DNA of 64,000 bases. It comes from Vicugna vicugna (Eukaryota). This document shows, one piece after another, positions 12,339-25,714 of this stretch. How positions within the stretch are numbered: the first letter of the stretch is position 1; each line of letters starts with the position of its first letter. The notes beneath the pieces were generated by a model. It saw only the letters and a list, made by a program, of their open reading frames with translations. It had not been told where the DNA came from and ran no database searches. The translations under genes were made by a program, and so were the position numbers. The stretch spans positions 186,001 through 250,000 of the forward strand of contig MU057651.1 of the NCBI GenBank assembly GCA_013265495.1. The letters run 5' to 3'.

Positions 12339-12792
12339 ATATTCACTTACCTAGATTTCCATGTCAGCTTTTAGGTGTTATTGACAATGTACCAAAACAA
12401 GGGAGAAAACTCTCACAGAGATTATTATAATTCTATAGGTCATTTCCAGAAAATCAGTCACTAAAATGAAATAGTTTTGTAGCTTTATACTTTATGTGGT
12501 TAGGATTGAATTGTGGAGTTTTCTTCTTTATCCTCAGACAAATCCACCTTGATGAATTCCTGGCTTCTTGGATGGTTAAAAAAAAAAAAGAGGGAGAAAG
12601 CTTGTATGAATGTGGGTGTGTTTGAATGTATGTGTGTATATATTGGTGAAGCTATGAGGAATATTTATTGTGAGGAATATTTGAGATTAATTATTGTGTG
12701 TTATGTCAGTCCTGCTTAGTTCCTAGCACATATTAGGAAACAAATCAAGATGGTTGCTGTTTGTTTTTTCCCAGCTTTCCTTGTCCAGCATG

Positions 12793-12806
12793 GTTACCAT
12801 GGTGAC
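12793..12806. promoter_or_regulatory. RFX X-box motif (intronic)
   Basis: GTTACCATGGTGAC, near-palindromic match to GTTNCCATGGNAAC. Confidence 0.5.
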
Positions 12807-13269
12807 CCAGTGATTGCTGTGGATTTGGTACAGACTGAAAATCCTTTCATGATTCTTACCTGAATCTGTCGTGACTATTTTAGTTGCTAAGTGCTGCTTT
12901 TATAATTTTGTCATTCCTTCTAGATTTATTAATTGACATTCAGATGTTGGTAGAGTTTTCCCTTCTGCCCTATCGTTTATTTATTTATTCATGTATTTAT
13001 TTCATAGGTGTGACTCATAGATTCCTATTTTGCTCAGAGGGTTACTATCTGCCATTATAATTATTTCCTTTCATGCCCCAATTGTAACAGAATTGGCCAG
13101 TATTAGCCCCTTCAAGTTGGCTTCTGTGTCCATTTGACGCCTCCCAGAAATTTAAATAGCTAAAATTTATTTAGTGCTAAGCATTTTTATATATTGAATT
13201 ATACACTCTTATGAGGTATCTGCTGTTCCTAATCCCCATTTTATGTATTAAAAATGAGGGACATTCCAG

Positions 13270-14488
13270 CTGGTTCTGGAATAACTGGCTATCCACCTGC
13301 GGGGAAAAAATGTAGACCCAAACCTTACATCTTTCACAAAAATTAATTCAAACGGAATTAATTAGAATTAATTAATTAATTGAATTGTATTAATTAATTC
13401 AAATGGAAAACACAAACTATAAAACTCCTAGAAATTAACATAGGAGAAAACCTAGATGACATTGGGTTTTTAGATACAATACCAAAAATGCAATCTATAA
13501 AAGAAAACATTGGTAAGTTGAACTTAATTGAAATTAAAAACTACTGCTCTGTGAAAACCACTGTTCTGAGATTGAAATTACAAGCCATAGACTGGGAGAA
13601 AAAGTTTACAAAACACATATCTGAGAAAGGACTGTAATTCAGAATATACAGGGAACACTTAAACCTCAACAATGAGAAAATAAACAATGCAGTTTTTTAA
13701 ATGGGCAAAGAACTTAACAGATGCCTCACCAAAAAAAAAAATACAGATGGCAAATGAGCATATAGAAGAGATATTCAATAGCATGTGTTATTAGGGAATT
13801 GCAAATTAAAACAATGAGATACCACTACACATCTATTGGAATGGCCAAAATCTAAAATACAGACAACACCAAATGCTGGTGAAGATGTTGGGCCAACCTT
13901 GGAAGCAGTCAAGATCTATTTCAAAAGGTGAATAGCAAGACAAAGTGTGGTACATCTATAAATTGACTATTTTTAGCAATAAAAAGGAATGAGCTGTCAA
14001 GCCATGGAGGCAGCATAAATGCATATTGCTAAATGAAGGAAGATAACCTGAAAAGGCTACATACTGTGTGGTTATGGTGATATGACATTCTGGAGAAGGA
14101 AAACTATGGAGACAGCAAAAAGATCAGTGGCTGCCAGGGGTTCAGAGGGGAGAGAGAGAGGGATGAATGGGGGAGCACAGGAGATTTTTAGAGCAGTAAA
14201 ACTATTCTGTATGATATCATAGTGGTGGATATGTCATTATACATTTGGCAAAACCCATAGACTATAAGGCACAAAGAGTGAACCTTAATGTAAACTGTGG
14301 TTTTAAACACTATTAATAGAGGTACATCAATATCGACTCAAGAGTTGCAAAAAATGTAGCACACTAATGCAAAGTGCTGACAATAGGGGAAATGGGAGGG
14401 AGTTGATGGAGTATATGGGAGTGTATGTTTCACTCATTTTTTTGGATACCTAAAACTGCTCTAAAAAATAGTCTATTAATTAGAAAAA
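13270..14488 (+). mobile_element. L1MC1/2-like 3' portion inserted in a MIR (MIR pieces about 13165-13265 and 14495-14590)
   Basis: gaaaaggctacatactgtg...aaactatggagacagcaaaaagatcagtgg...gagtgaaccttaatgtaaac 3' UTR signature. Confidence 0.85.
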
Positions 14489-14863
14489 GACCCCTGAGAA
14501 ACGGAGAATACGGATTTGTTCCCGGACTGCACAGTTAGGGAGCAGGACAGCTTGGCTTTGTACCCAGCAGTTCATACTTCAGGGCTGGAAACTGTCAAAT
14601 ATTTGATGTTAAGTGACAGGAGTGATCTGCACAAGCATGCTTATTTTATGTGGTCGTTAATAGTATTCATATATTGATATATTTATACAGAATATCTGGA
14701 CTTAGTGACAAAAGGGTAGCTTGTGACCTTGGTGAGAGCACGTTCATTGCAATCATGACAGCAGAAGCTACAGTGCAGTGAGAGAAGGAATCAGTGGGAA
14801 TGAGGAATGTTAACAGGGAATGTAGGAATCACTTTTTGGAACTGCATATTTGAAGGGGGAGAT

Positions 14864-14865
<2 letters not shown>

Positions 14866-14938
<73 letters not shown>
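14866..14938. repeat. Compound (CA)n-(GA)n microsatellite
   Basis: Direct reading. Confidence 0.98.
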
Positions 14939-14942
<4 letters not shown>

Positions 14943-16747
14943 CAGAGACAAATAAATCACTGTGGCTGAATGTAGATAAGTGGTCCAAGAAGGAATTTTT
15001 TAAAATCCTCAATTCCTTGAAACTTAAGCAAGTTTAAACGTTAATATGAAGGAGGAATCTCGTCTCATTTTAAGCCCCAAATTTGCCATGTATTCACTTC
15101 CCTTCTTACCCTCTTATTTCTCCTATAGAGTTAAGGAGACAATACCAATGCAATAGTATGGACTTTGAGCTCAATATATGCTTAGTTATTAGTGAATGAA
15201 AGAATGGACACTTGTGCATCAGAGAAATGGTAATAATTCTTGGAATTTTTGCCCCATAGGGAGACAGCAGTTGGCTGAATCTTACTGTGACATGGCTGGA
15301 TGATGAATGATCTGAGGACCCCTGCACTGGTGACTGGGGTAAGTCCAGAATTTTTCTGTAAATGTATTAACACATAGAGCAGTCCAGGAGTAGCAGTTAG
15401 GCAAACACCACACCTTGCTGCCCTGGTGCCATCTCTCACTGAGCTCATCAGGTGAGTCAAAGACAAGCCTGTCTCCGCAGTGTGGGGAACTGGATTAGGA
15501 TCTGCTCAGAGGCACATTGTTGGGCAGCTCTTATGAGCTTCTGAGCCTCCCAAGAACCTAGAGATCCTTCTGACTCCAAAACTTTGAACTCAAGGCATAT
15601 CAGAGAGACATTTGATTTCTTCATAAAGATCTCTATCTTCTCATTAAGGGAAACAGTGAGAAATGACTTTTCACAATGTCTACCTCAGCCCGAGGCTCTG
15701 TGGGCTCCTACTGCTGAGTCCCGGCTTTTAAAAGGTCATTGAAATCCTGCTACACCTCATATACTCTGGGCAAGTCATCTGGAGGGAACGAAAGTGACAT
15801 GTAAAGAACTGCTTTTAAAAATTGTACTTTATATTTCATTTCCTTTAATCCAAACTACTATTCAAGCTACCCTTCATTATGACCAGCATTCATACCTGGG
15901 TACTGACCTTAGGGGAGCTTATGTAAATCAGGGAACACTTTTCATCATCCCCCTATCAGCAGCTTAGTCTGGAATTACTCTAAAGTTCTTCCACTTTATT
16001 TTTATGCGTCCAGGACTCTGAATGCTTTAACTTCCCTATAGGATGCCATTACATTCTCCTGGGGCTGTTGCCAAAGTTTTAAAAAGTTATTATTATAAAG
16101 GTTTTTGTAAGTTACAATATTTTTTTGAAATTAAAAAGCAAATTCTAAATTTAAAAATGCAAAGAATTGTGTGACGACTTCAGGTAAAATATTTGCAAAC
16201 TACACTTCAGATATTGGGGTAGGATCCATGATTTGTGCAAAATCCTTACTATCAAAGAAATTGGCAAATAATTTCAACTGAGAGTCACATGAAAATATAC
16301 AGGAATAGTCAACATGTTAAAATACGCTAAAATCACAGGAACTAATATCATGAAAATATTTTTTAAATCCTGAGAGTTAACATTATGTGGAAAAGGCAAG
16401 ATGCAAAAGAGTAATGTGAAGTCTCTTGGAAAGGACCATGAGCATGTGCAGGTGTCTATGATCACGGGCCTTCACCTACAGGGACACGTCGGGAGAGGAG
16501 GCACCAATGATGACAGACCCTTTTGTGTTAGGAGTGGGACTAGTGAGAGTTGCAGGACAATTTCAGTCTATAAATATACTTTCATATATTGTTTGAAATG
16601 TACTCAAGAAAAATGGCACTTAGGTAAAACGTTGAAGACAAAAAAATACTTGTGAACAGATTGACAAAAGCACACACACTTACTACTTTGTGAAAGTATT
16701 CAATTTAATGGGGGAAATTAAGTAGATTTTAAAAGTTAAATTGACTC

Positions 16748-16786
16748 TGTGTGTGTGTGTGTTTTGTGTGTGTGTCTGTGTGTGTG
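16748..16786. repeat. Imperfect (TG)n microsatellite
   Basis: Direct reading. Confidence 0.9.
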
Positions 16787-17746
16787 TTTCTATGTCCCCT
16801 CTGGCTCTACCACCTCAAGTACATGCTCACAGTTGCAGCTTTACACTCAGTTCAGACTGGAGATGGACATCTAGTCTCACGTTTAGATGTTCCAGAAAAT
16901 GTGCATTTTCCTATCCTAGAAAAGTGATGGATACAGAGGATTACTCCAGTTAAGTGAAAATCCAGAAAACCCTAACTGATCCCATTAAGTCAAGCTCCCA
17001 GCCTCCATGCTTCCCTCCTCCCTCCTGAGCCCTCTGGTCTGAGACTCTCAGAGCTGCAGTCTTAAATGCTGGTGGATCTAGCCACCAGGTGACATCACAT
17101 TCACCTCTGTTTTTGTTATTTTTTAAGGAAAAATTGTACATTTTGCAAAGAGTAAAACTATCATGAACCTGTTTGTTTACCATGGTACCAATTCCATTTG
17201 GAATAATCATAAATATATTAAAGCAGTTCCATCTGCTGTTGACCCCAAATCTACACCATGCTCACTGAATTACCTCTTCCTTCATCACTGTTGGCCGATT
17301 TGCACTGTAGACTGTACAGAGTGTCCCTATCAGGAAACACAGCATTCACCCTCCATTACCCACCCTACTCTTCTACAGGCTTCCCATCTGACTCCCAAAC
17401 ACTCCTTCTGTCAACCCCTGTCCAGGACGCTGAACAGAGCTGCCCAGACCTTGTTCCAACTCCTGTTCCAACTCTCCATTCTCTCTAGTCACCTCCAGCC
17501 TGCCCTGAGCTGCCCTTCACCTGCCACCATCAACTACCAAGGCTCACTGCTGTCACTTGGTGTTTCACCATGTGCAGGCCCCGGAGTATATGTTTTTACA
17601 ATCTTCCTTTACACCCATCAGTTTTCTCAATCTGAATTTGAATCATTCTGGGTAGGTCCACAGGCTGGATTTTAAGAGAGGTTATGTATTTCTAATTTCT
17701 TGCAGACTTTTAGTATACTGAGACTTGGATGATGGTGGCATGTTGG

Positions 17747-17760
17747 TGCCACCTGGTGAC
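17747..17760 (-). promoter_or_regulatory. CTCF-like motif
   Basis: Minus strand GTCACCAGGTGGCA matches the CTCF core. Confidence 0.4.
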
Positions 17761-17902
17761 AGAAGCTTGAACTGCAGTTTGAACAGTGAACAAGAAGGTG
17801 GGTGGGCAGGGCTGTGGCCCAAACCCATCAGACGGAGCTTTCTGGAAGTCTGGGTTAAAAGGAGGGGCGGAATTCCTTGGGCACAGCTATACTGATGGCT
17901 TC

Positions 17903-18710
17903 TTTATGGACATTTCATATAAATGGAATCGTGCAATATCCATTCTTTCCCATATTTGACTTCTTTCAGTTGGCATGATGTTTTCAAGGTTCATCCATAT
18001 CGTAGTATATATCAGTATTTCATTCCTTTCTATTGTCAAATAATATACCATATTTTCTTTATCTGTGCATTAATTGATGGACATTTGGGTTGTTTCCGCT
18101 TTTGGCATTTATGAATAACGATGCTGCATACATTCACGTACAAGTTTATGTGTAGATGTATGTTGTCATTTCTCTTGGCTATGTCCCTAAGAGTGGAACT
18201 GCTGGGCCATGTGGTAACTCTGTTTAACTGTTTGAGGAACTGCCACACTGTTTTCATGACCCTGACAGTCTTGAAGAGTACAGGTATAGTCTATTATTTT
18301 TTTCGTGATTAGACTGTGGTTCTGGGTTTGGAGAAAGGATACCACAAGAGTTGAAGTGTCCTTCTTGTCACATCATATCTGGGAGGATGGTATCCACATG
18401 ATGTCACTGGATCATTGGAGATGTTGACCTTCATCACTGGGTTAATGTGGTGTTTGTCGAGTTTCTCCAGTGTACAGTAATTTTTTTCTGTTTGCCTATT
18501 CTGGTCTTTAGAAATGAGTAACTAAGTCTGCCCTGACCTCAGCAGTAGGAGGGGGAAGGTTCACCTCATGGAAGGAAGATATCTATATAGATTTTTGCGG
18601 AACTATTTGATAAACATAGTTTACTGTCACCCATTTCTTTATTAATTCAAAAATTCATTTTTATCAGTATGGATTCATGTATACTTATTTTGTGGGTTTA
18701 TTATTTTATT
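17903..18710 (-). mobile_element. L1M fragments (L1MB-like and L1MC-like 3' ends)
   Basis: ORF 18036-18257 (KTVWQFLKQLN...KQPKCPS) is the L1 ORF2 C-terminus. Confidence 0.8.
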
Positions 18711-19294
18711 TCACTTAATGGATACAGAGGAAGGTCCAGCATCATGATTTCTATGATGTGGTAAAAGAATTTTGACTTAGCAGTCAGGAAACTGCAAGAG
18801 TTCCCTAGACCCACCATTATATTGTCTAAATATGGTATATCACATAATGCTTTCAGACTATATTTAATCATGGCAGAGTTTGGAACACCTATTTTATTTC
18901 ATACTAGTAATCCCTTGAGAAATGATCCCTTGAGAAAGAAATGAAAACCAGATAAGGTTATTGAAGTGACCACAAATAATTATTGCTAACTTGCACTAAA
19001 AATATTTACAAAATCCGTTTCAGTAAAGCAAAAGTATGAGCTATGTCAGAGAAAAAGTGTGCTTCATTTGAAAGCCCATTATTCAGACCACCGCCTACAC
19101 ATTATCTGACTCTTTCTCCATGGAAGGTATTTCACAACCTGAGCTTTTCAGTGACTGATCACACTCTAGTATGATCCTGTCTATATCCAAACAATCGAAT
19201 TCTTGGGGGGAAGGTAATCCTTTCCTCTTGGGGAAATACCTGTTTGTCTGTATTTAAACAATCATTTCAACATCCTTGATGTATAGTAGAAGTG

Positions 19295-19570
19295 ACAAAG
19301 AGGTGGTTGTTGAGTTGGCAAGTGTAATTTCAGTGGAAGTGTTGGGGGAACCCAGCCCCATTAATGAGGGATAGAGACAGAGTTGGAGGGGAGGTGCAGG
19401 GAGATGTGAACTGAGTGTGGAGAATTCTTCGTACAACTTTGGTGCAGGGGCAGAAAGTATGTAAAAAGGACAATAACTAGATGTAAAGAGGGGTTTAGAG
19501 CTTAGGGCATATTTTTAAATCATTTATTATAAGAAACTTGAGCAGGTTGAAATCTTAATGGAAAGAAGCC
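19295..19570. mobile_element. Degenerate L2 fragment
   Basis: Purine-rich gtaatttcagtggaagtgttggggg pattern; a similar fragment lies at about 14720-14860. Confidence 0.5.
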
Positions 19571-19834
19571 ATCTCTTCTTAGATTTAACATCTGAATTTA
19601 GTACAGCAGACTTTCCACATTTTACTTCCTTGTTTCCACTTTGGAGAAGCCTAAAACTTAACCAAAGCGATAGTGTAGAATTTGTTCTTAATGACTGTTA
19701 ACTCCATGAATGAATGGGTGCAGGATATATCAAACCTGTGCTGTGTATTTATGTCTGTACTGATTTTTTATGTCTTAGTGCAGAGCTCTTCCTGAAGATG
19801 ACAGAACCCATGCTGTTGAGTTTTTTCCCTGCAA

Positions 19835-22400
19835 AAACTATCATTGGGATTTTGACAGGGATTACTTTAAATCTATAGATCACTTAGGGTAGTATCGACA
19901 TCTTAACAATATTACATCTTCCAATCCATGAACATAGGATGTCTTTCCATTTGTTTTTGTCTTCTTTAATTTCTTTCAGCAACATTTTGCAGGGTTTCTT
20001 AAAATTGAAGTATAGTTGATTTACAATATTCTGTTTCAGATATACAGCAAAGTGATTCAGTTATATATATATATATATATATATATCACATATATATATA
20101 TTATAGTTTTCAGATTCCTTTCCATTATGTACTATTATAAGATATTGAATATAATTCCCTGTGCTATACAGTAAATCCTTGTTGTTTATCTATCTTATAT
20201 ATAGTAGTGTGTCTCTGTTAATCCCATACTCCTAATTTATCCCTCCCCTCCTTTCTCCTTTGATAACGCTGTTTGTTTTCTATGTCTGTGAGTCTGTTTC
20301 TGTTTTGTAAATAAGTTCATTTGTAATATTTTTTTAGACTCCACATATAAGTGATGTCGTATGGTATTTGTCTTTCTCTTTCTGACTTACTTCGCTTAGT
20401 ATGATGGTCTCTAGGTCTATCCATGTTGCTGCAAACGGCATTATTTCATTCTTTTTATGGCTGAGTAATATTCCATTTTGTGTGTGTGTGTGTGTGTATG
20501 TATATCTCACATCTTCTTTATCCAGTCATCTATTGATGGGCATTTAGATTGCTTCCATGTCTTGGCTATTTTAAACAGTGCTAATATGAACATTGGGGTG
20601 CATCTGTCTTTCTAAATTAGAGCTTATGTCCTTCCCAGATAAATGCCCAGGAGTGAGATTGCTGGATCATATTGTAACTATATTTTTCATTTTTTAAGGA
20701 ACCTTCATACTGTTCTCCACAGTAGCTGCACTAGTCTACATTCCTACCAACAGTGGGAGGGTTCCTTTTTCTCGACACCTTCTCTAGCATTTACCATTTG
20801 CAGACTTTTTAACGATGGCTATTCTGACTGGTGTGAGGTAATATCTCATTGTAGTTTTGATTTGCATTTCTCTAATAAGTAGCGATGTTGAACATCTTTT
20901 CATGTGCCTGTTGGCCGTCTGTATTTCTTCTTTGGAGAAATGTCTATTTAGGTCTTCTGCCTATTTTTTGACTGGGTTTTTGTTTTTGTTTTTTTTGGTA
21001 TTAAGTTGTGTGAGCTGTTTGTATATTTTGGAAATTAAACCCTTGTTGGTTGCATCATTTGAAAAATACTTTTTCCCAGTCTGTATATTGTCTTTTTGTT
21101 TTGTTTATGGTTTCCTTTGCTGTGCAAAAGCTTATAAATTTTATTAGATCCTATTTGTTTATTTTTGCTTTTATTTCTTTTGTCTTGGGAGACTCGCCTA
21201 GGAAAACATTACTACAATTTATATCAGAGAATATTTTACCTGTGTTCTCTTGAGGGGTTTTATGCTGTCATGTCTTACATTTATAAGGCATTTTGAGTTT
21301 ATTTTTGTGTAAGGTGTGATGGAGTGTTCTGACTTCATTGATTTACATGCAGCTGGGCTGTCCAGCTTTCCCAACACCACTTGCTGAAGAGACTGTCTCT
21401 TCTCCTTTGTATATTCTTGTCTCTTTTGTCGAAGATTAATTGACCGTAGGTGTGTAGGTTTATTTCTGGGCTCTCTATTCTGTTCCATTTATCTATATGC
21501 CTGTTTTTGTGCCAATACCATGCTGTTTTGATTACTGTAGTTTTGGAGTATTGTCTGAAGTCTGGGAGGGTTATTCCTCTAGCTTTGTTCTTTTTCCTCA
21601 GGATTGCATTAAATCTGTAGGTTGCTTTGGGTTCTATGGCCATTTTGACAGTGTTAATTCTTCCAATCCACGAACGTGGGATATATTTCCATTTCTTTGA
21701 ATCATCTCCAGATTCCTTTATTAAAATGTTTTATAGTTTTTAGCATATAGGTCTTTCACCTCCTTGGTTAAGCTTATTCCTAGGTATTTTATTTTTCTGA
21801 TGTGATTTTAAAATGGTTTTGTTTTCTACTTTTTCTTTCTGATATTTCATTTTTAGTGTAAAGACATGGAACAAATTTCTGTATGTTAGTCTTTTATTTT
21901 GCTACCTTGCTGAATTCTTTTATCAGTTCTAATAGATTTTTTTGTGTAGTTTTTAATCTGAAAGTCTTTTGCCTCCTTGGTTCTGTATTTCTAAATATAT
22001 TATTCTATTTGATGCTATTGTCAATGGAAATGTTTTCTTCATTTCCCCCTCAAATTGTTCACTGCTAGTGTATAAAAATGCAACTTATTTTTATGTGTTC
22101 ATTTTGTATCCTACAACTTTGCTGAATTAGTTTATTAGTTCTAACAGTTCTTTTGTGGAAACTCTAGGTTTTTCTGCATATTAGATTATGTCATTTGTGA
22201 ACAGAGATAATCTTACTTCTTCCTTTCTAATTTGGATGCTCTTAACTTATTTTCCTTACCTAAATGCTCTGGATAGAACTTCTAGTACTATGTCGAATAG
22301 AAGTGGCCAAAGTGGGTATCTTTGTGTTGCTCCTGATCTTAGAGGAAAAGCTGTTAGTCTTTCACCATTGAGTATGATGCTCACTGTGGGTTTTTCACAT
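19835..22400 (-). mobile_element. Older L1 ORF2 fragment with a younger artiodactyl-type L1 (about 20003-21935) nested inside
   Basis: ORFs 21335-21643 and 22256-22486 are L1 ORF2 peptides; young 3' end ttgaagtatagttgatttacaat; (TA)n at 20062-20100. Confidence 0.9.
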
Positions 22401-22691
22401 TTAACTTTTAAAAATCTCTTTATTATTATTTTTTTTATCCTGAGGCTAGGAAGAAAAGCCAAGAAACTCTGTCCACCAGAATTCACCTGCAGTATGTATA
22501 AATTGGGTGAATTCGTTTTTTTTAAGTTTAGTAAACTATCTCAGAATTCCTGGCCTGCCAGTAAATGACCTTCCTTTCTCATCAATAATGATGGAGAGCC
22601 TGTGAGCCAAGTATCAAGCCAGTTTTCCTCAATGGGCTTCCTACCATCAGCCTTAATTCTCTGAACTGTAGCTGGTCATACCTGATTAAAT

Positions 22692-22880
22692 TGTTGACCC
22701 CTCCCCCACCCCCCCCAGAAGCCTGCAAATAAGAAAAGAGTTTATTTGGGGTCTTAGTAATTGTAATCTGTGAAATACAGATACAGGTAAAACCAAAAGA
22801 GTGTTCCAGGGAACAGAAAGTGTCGGATTTATAAAGGCAAAAGCCACAAGGCTATACTCTGACCCAAGAAAGGAAATATT
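22692..22880 (-). mobile_element. Partial LTR of the same family as 247-433
   Basis: Aligns by eye: gcaaataagaaaa...tttatttggg...tataaaggcaaaagcc...ctctgac..aagaaaggaaatattt. Confidence 0.8.
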
Positions 22881-23019
22881 TAAGAATGAGACACAAAAAA
22901 GTTCTGTCTCAATTATTAGGACTTCTGGATTGGTGAGCTTCACTGGGGAGTAACTGGGCAGAAATTCAGTCTTTTCAACAGGAGACCCCAAATATCAGTG
23001 TCTGTAGGCCTTTACGCTT

Positions 23020-23630
23020 GTGCTGGTCAGCTTCTCCAGAATCCTCCAATCTCCTGCTCAGCTGAGAGTGTCTTAGAAATCAACTGACAGAAAGGTTGAG
23101 GACAGTCTTACTATTTAATAAATAGAGATTCAATCCCTATTTTCATTAAAATTCACAGTCCAGCCCTCAGCTATGCCTATTGCTTCCAACATTAGAGCTT
23201 CTTTTCTGGAAAGATGTTTCAATTACCGAAGAATGTAAAACTTGAATCTTTTGTTGGAATGGATAAGGAGCTTTTGGGATCTAATTTTTTTCTTATACAT
23301 ACTTTTGATCAATCCTTCTCTTTTTAGCGCTCCCTGCATCCTGTAGCTGAGAGATACCCAGTAACTTTAAAAACTGAACCTGTCACCCCCAGCCTTAGGT
23401 TTCAGCTTTTTCCAGTTTGTAAAGTAAGCTTAGCATTCATCTCATCTGTTGCTTTCCAGCTTCCAAAATTTTTTCGACATCACTTGCCTGCTGTTGTCTT
23501 CTCTTCTGTTCTCTCTGTCCTTCTTTATTTACATCCTTTAAAAAAAATTCCTTTGCTGTCATTTTAGTGGAGCTTCATGCAGCAGCAGAGTTGGATGCAT
23601 GTTTCTAATCTGCCTTGTTTAACTGGAAGT
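23020..23630 (-). mobile_element. Ancient L1ME/HAL1-like 5' end
   Basis: Minus strand begins gacttccagttaaacaaggcagattagaaacatgcat. Confidence 0.5.
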
Positions 23631-24094
23631 CTTATAGCACACTCTGTATGGAGAAATAATACAGTCCAAAGTCAATAACATTAAAGATGGGAGACTAAGA
23701 AGCCCACTTGCAAAAAGAAAGAAAATCTGTTTCTGGGAAACATAAAATAAGCAATGCTGTAATATGTAAGTCATATAAATGACTATTCACTGTAATGTGG
23801 GAAAGTAAAAGATCTCTTGTTACAGAAAATTGAGTTACATCAACTTTCAAACACTTAAAAATTATAGGTAGTTTAACTTGATGCATAAACATAAGATATA
23901 CGGGCTTGTTCAGTGTTTTTTGGATACAGAATGCATTTTTAAATAGACATTAGATAGAAAAATGGACATTAATTGCCTCATCGAGGAACCTTAAGAAGCA
24001 TGCCATTTCCTGCCTACTTGGAACGGCTCCTGATTGGAGGGGTGGAGCAGGGAGTTTAATGTAGATTTTGTGAAAAAGGTGAATTCAAGACACT

Positions 24095-24291
24095 TTTTTT
24101 AACATTTTTTATTGATTTATAATCATTTTACAATGTTGTGTCAAATTCCAGTGTAGAGCATAATTTTTCAGTTATACATTAACATATATATATTCATTGT
24201 CACATGTTTTTCTCTGTGAGCTACCATAAGATCTTGTGTATATTTCCCTGTGCTATACAGTATAATGTTGTTTATCTATTCTACAATTTTG
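24095..24291 (-). mobile_element. Young, severely 5'-truncated L1 (camelid-like 3' end)
   Basis: TSD AGACACT (24088-24094 / 24292-24298) plus T tract; TTTT/AA endonuclease site. Confidence 0.85.
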
Positions 24292-25714
24292 AGACACTAT
24301 TTTTAAAAGCTTATTCAGGCAGACCTTAAGTATTAAAAAAAGAGTCTTCCTGATCCTCCTCTATTCCAGCCCTGACGACATACCCTGCCTATATGTAAAC
24401 TGAGGAAAAGAGGTCAAGGTAAGAGCAAAGAAGTGATATACGAGTACAATAATAACACAACTTGCTGACATTTATCAACCTTTACTGAGTGTTTACTATG
24501 TGTTAAAACCTTTTTGTGATTTATTTCATAGTACGAAGTTACTGATTATTTGACAAAGTGAATTTAAACAGTAAAAAAGGAAGGACAAATAGGTAAGGAG
24601 GAGGAGAGAGGGAAGAATGCCACCAAATAATATTCTCATAATATTCATAATATTCTCATTTCCTTTCCCTCTCCCATCCCTCCCCTTCTCGAATACTGCT
24701 CTAGACTTATTTATATTCATAGCATAGCTTTGTACACTATCCCTGCTTTTTGCTGTTCTTTCAGCACGTTAATATTAAATAGTTCATCTTAGGTACTTGA
24801 ATTTGAAGGTTAATGATTTGGAACTTCAAGCAGGAGTTTTGATTCCAATAGTTCACCGTTTTGCAAAATATACCATCAAATACTTTGTGAAAGAGGATAT
24901 GGAATAAAAGGAGAAAGAGAAGAAAGGGTAACCTGTCAAGACATTACTATAATTTTTAGACATGTTTTTTAAAAGCAATATAGCTAATGTTTCCAATTGC
25001 TCAAGCTTTTACAAAACTTGTAGATAATAGTAACCTGTAATGATTTCATACGCGTTCAGTCAAACAAACTACCAAGAATGCATAAGTCTGCAACATGTAT
25101 AAAACTGGTCTAGGATTAAAGGAAATAATCTGGAGAAGAAAAGATAATTTAAATAATTAGTTCTCCCAAAGATTAGTAAAATATATTTCAGCCTGCCATT
25201 TATTTAAGATTGAAAAATTTGCATTTGTTATTGTAAAAGGACAAGGTAGATTTCTTTCTTTTTTTACTTGATTGATATCTATTGAATACCTACTCTATGC
25301 AAGGCATTGTGATAGGCATTATGAAAGAAAGGATATAAAAATGCCTAAAATGCTGTGTTCATTTTATAAAGAAGCTCATAATCTAGTGTTGAAGATAAGA
25401 CATATACAAAATAACTGCTATACCCCCATATGGTGTTATGTGACAAATATTAAATAAGTGTTGCAAAATATTTTGATGTTTCTGTTTTTCCAACTTGCAA
25501 TATAGAGTGAATTATGTAGGTAGCATTCCAAATATGTGTTTCTTTGTATACTGTTCATACATGCTAACCTTTGACAACTGCTACAAAACGTCTTTACTAC
25601 CAGTTCAGGTATAGCAAGTCTAAAGAAAGCTGCCAGCTAAGGCACACTAGGGGGAAAAATTACTGTTTTCAAAGAGATGTATGTGTATGTGTTTCTTATA
25701 ATGGAATATATAAC

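Noticed and set aside
17163..17675. Longest ORF in the window (170 aa, + strand)
   Set aside because: Low-complexity S/L/P/H/Q composition from C-rich DNA; no recognisable domain or convincing exon boundaries
19779..19835. Acceptor-like site followed by the open stretch AELFLKMTEPMLL
   Set aside because: No donor; runs directly into L1 sequence
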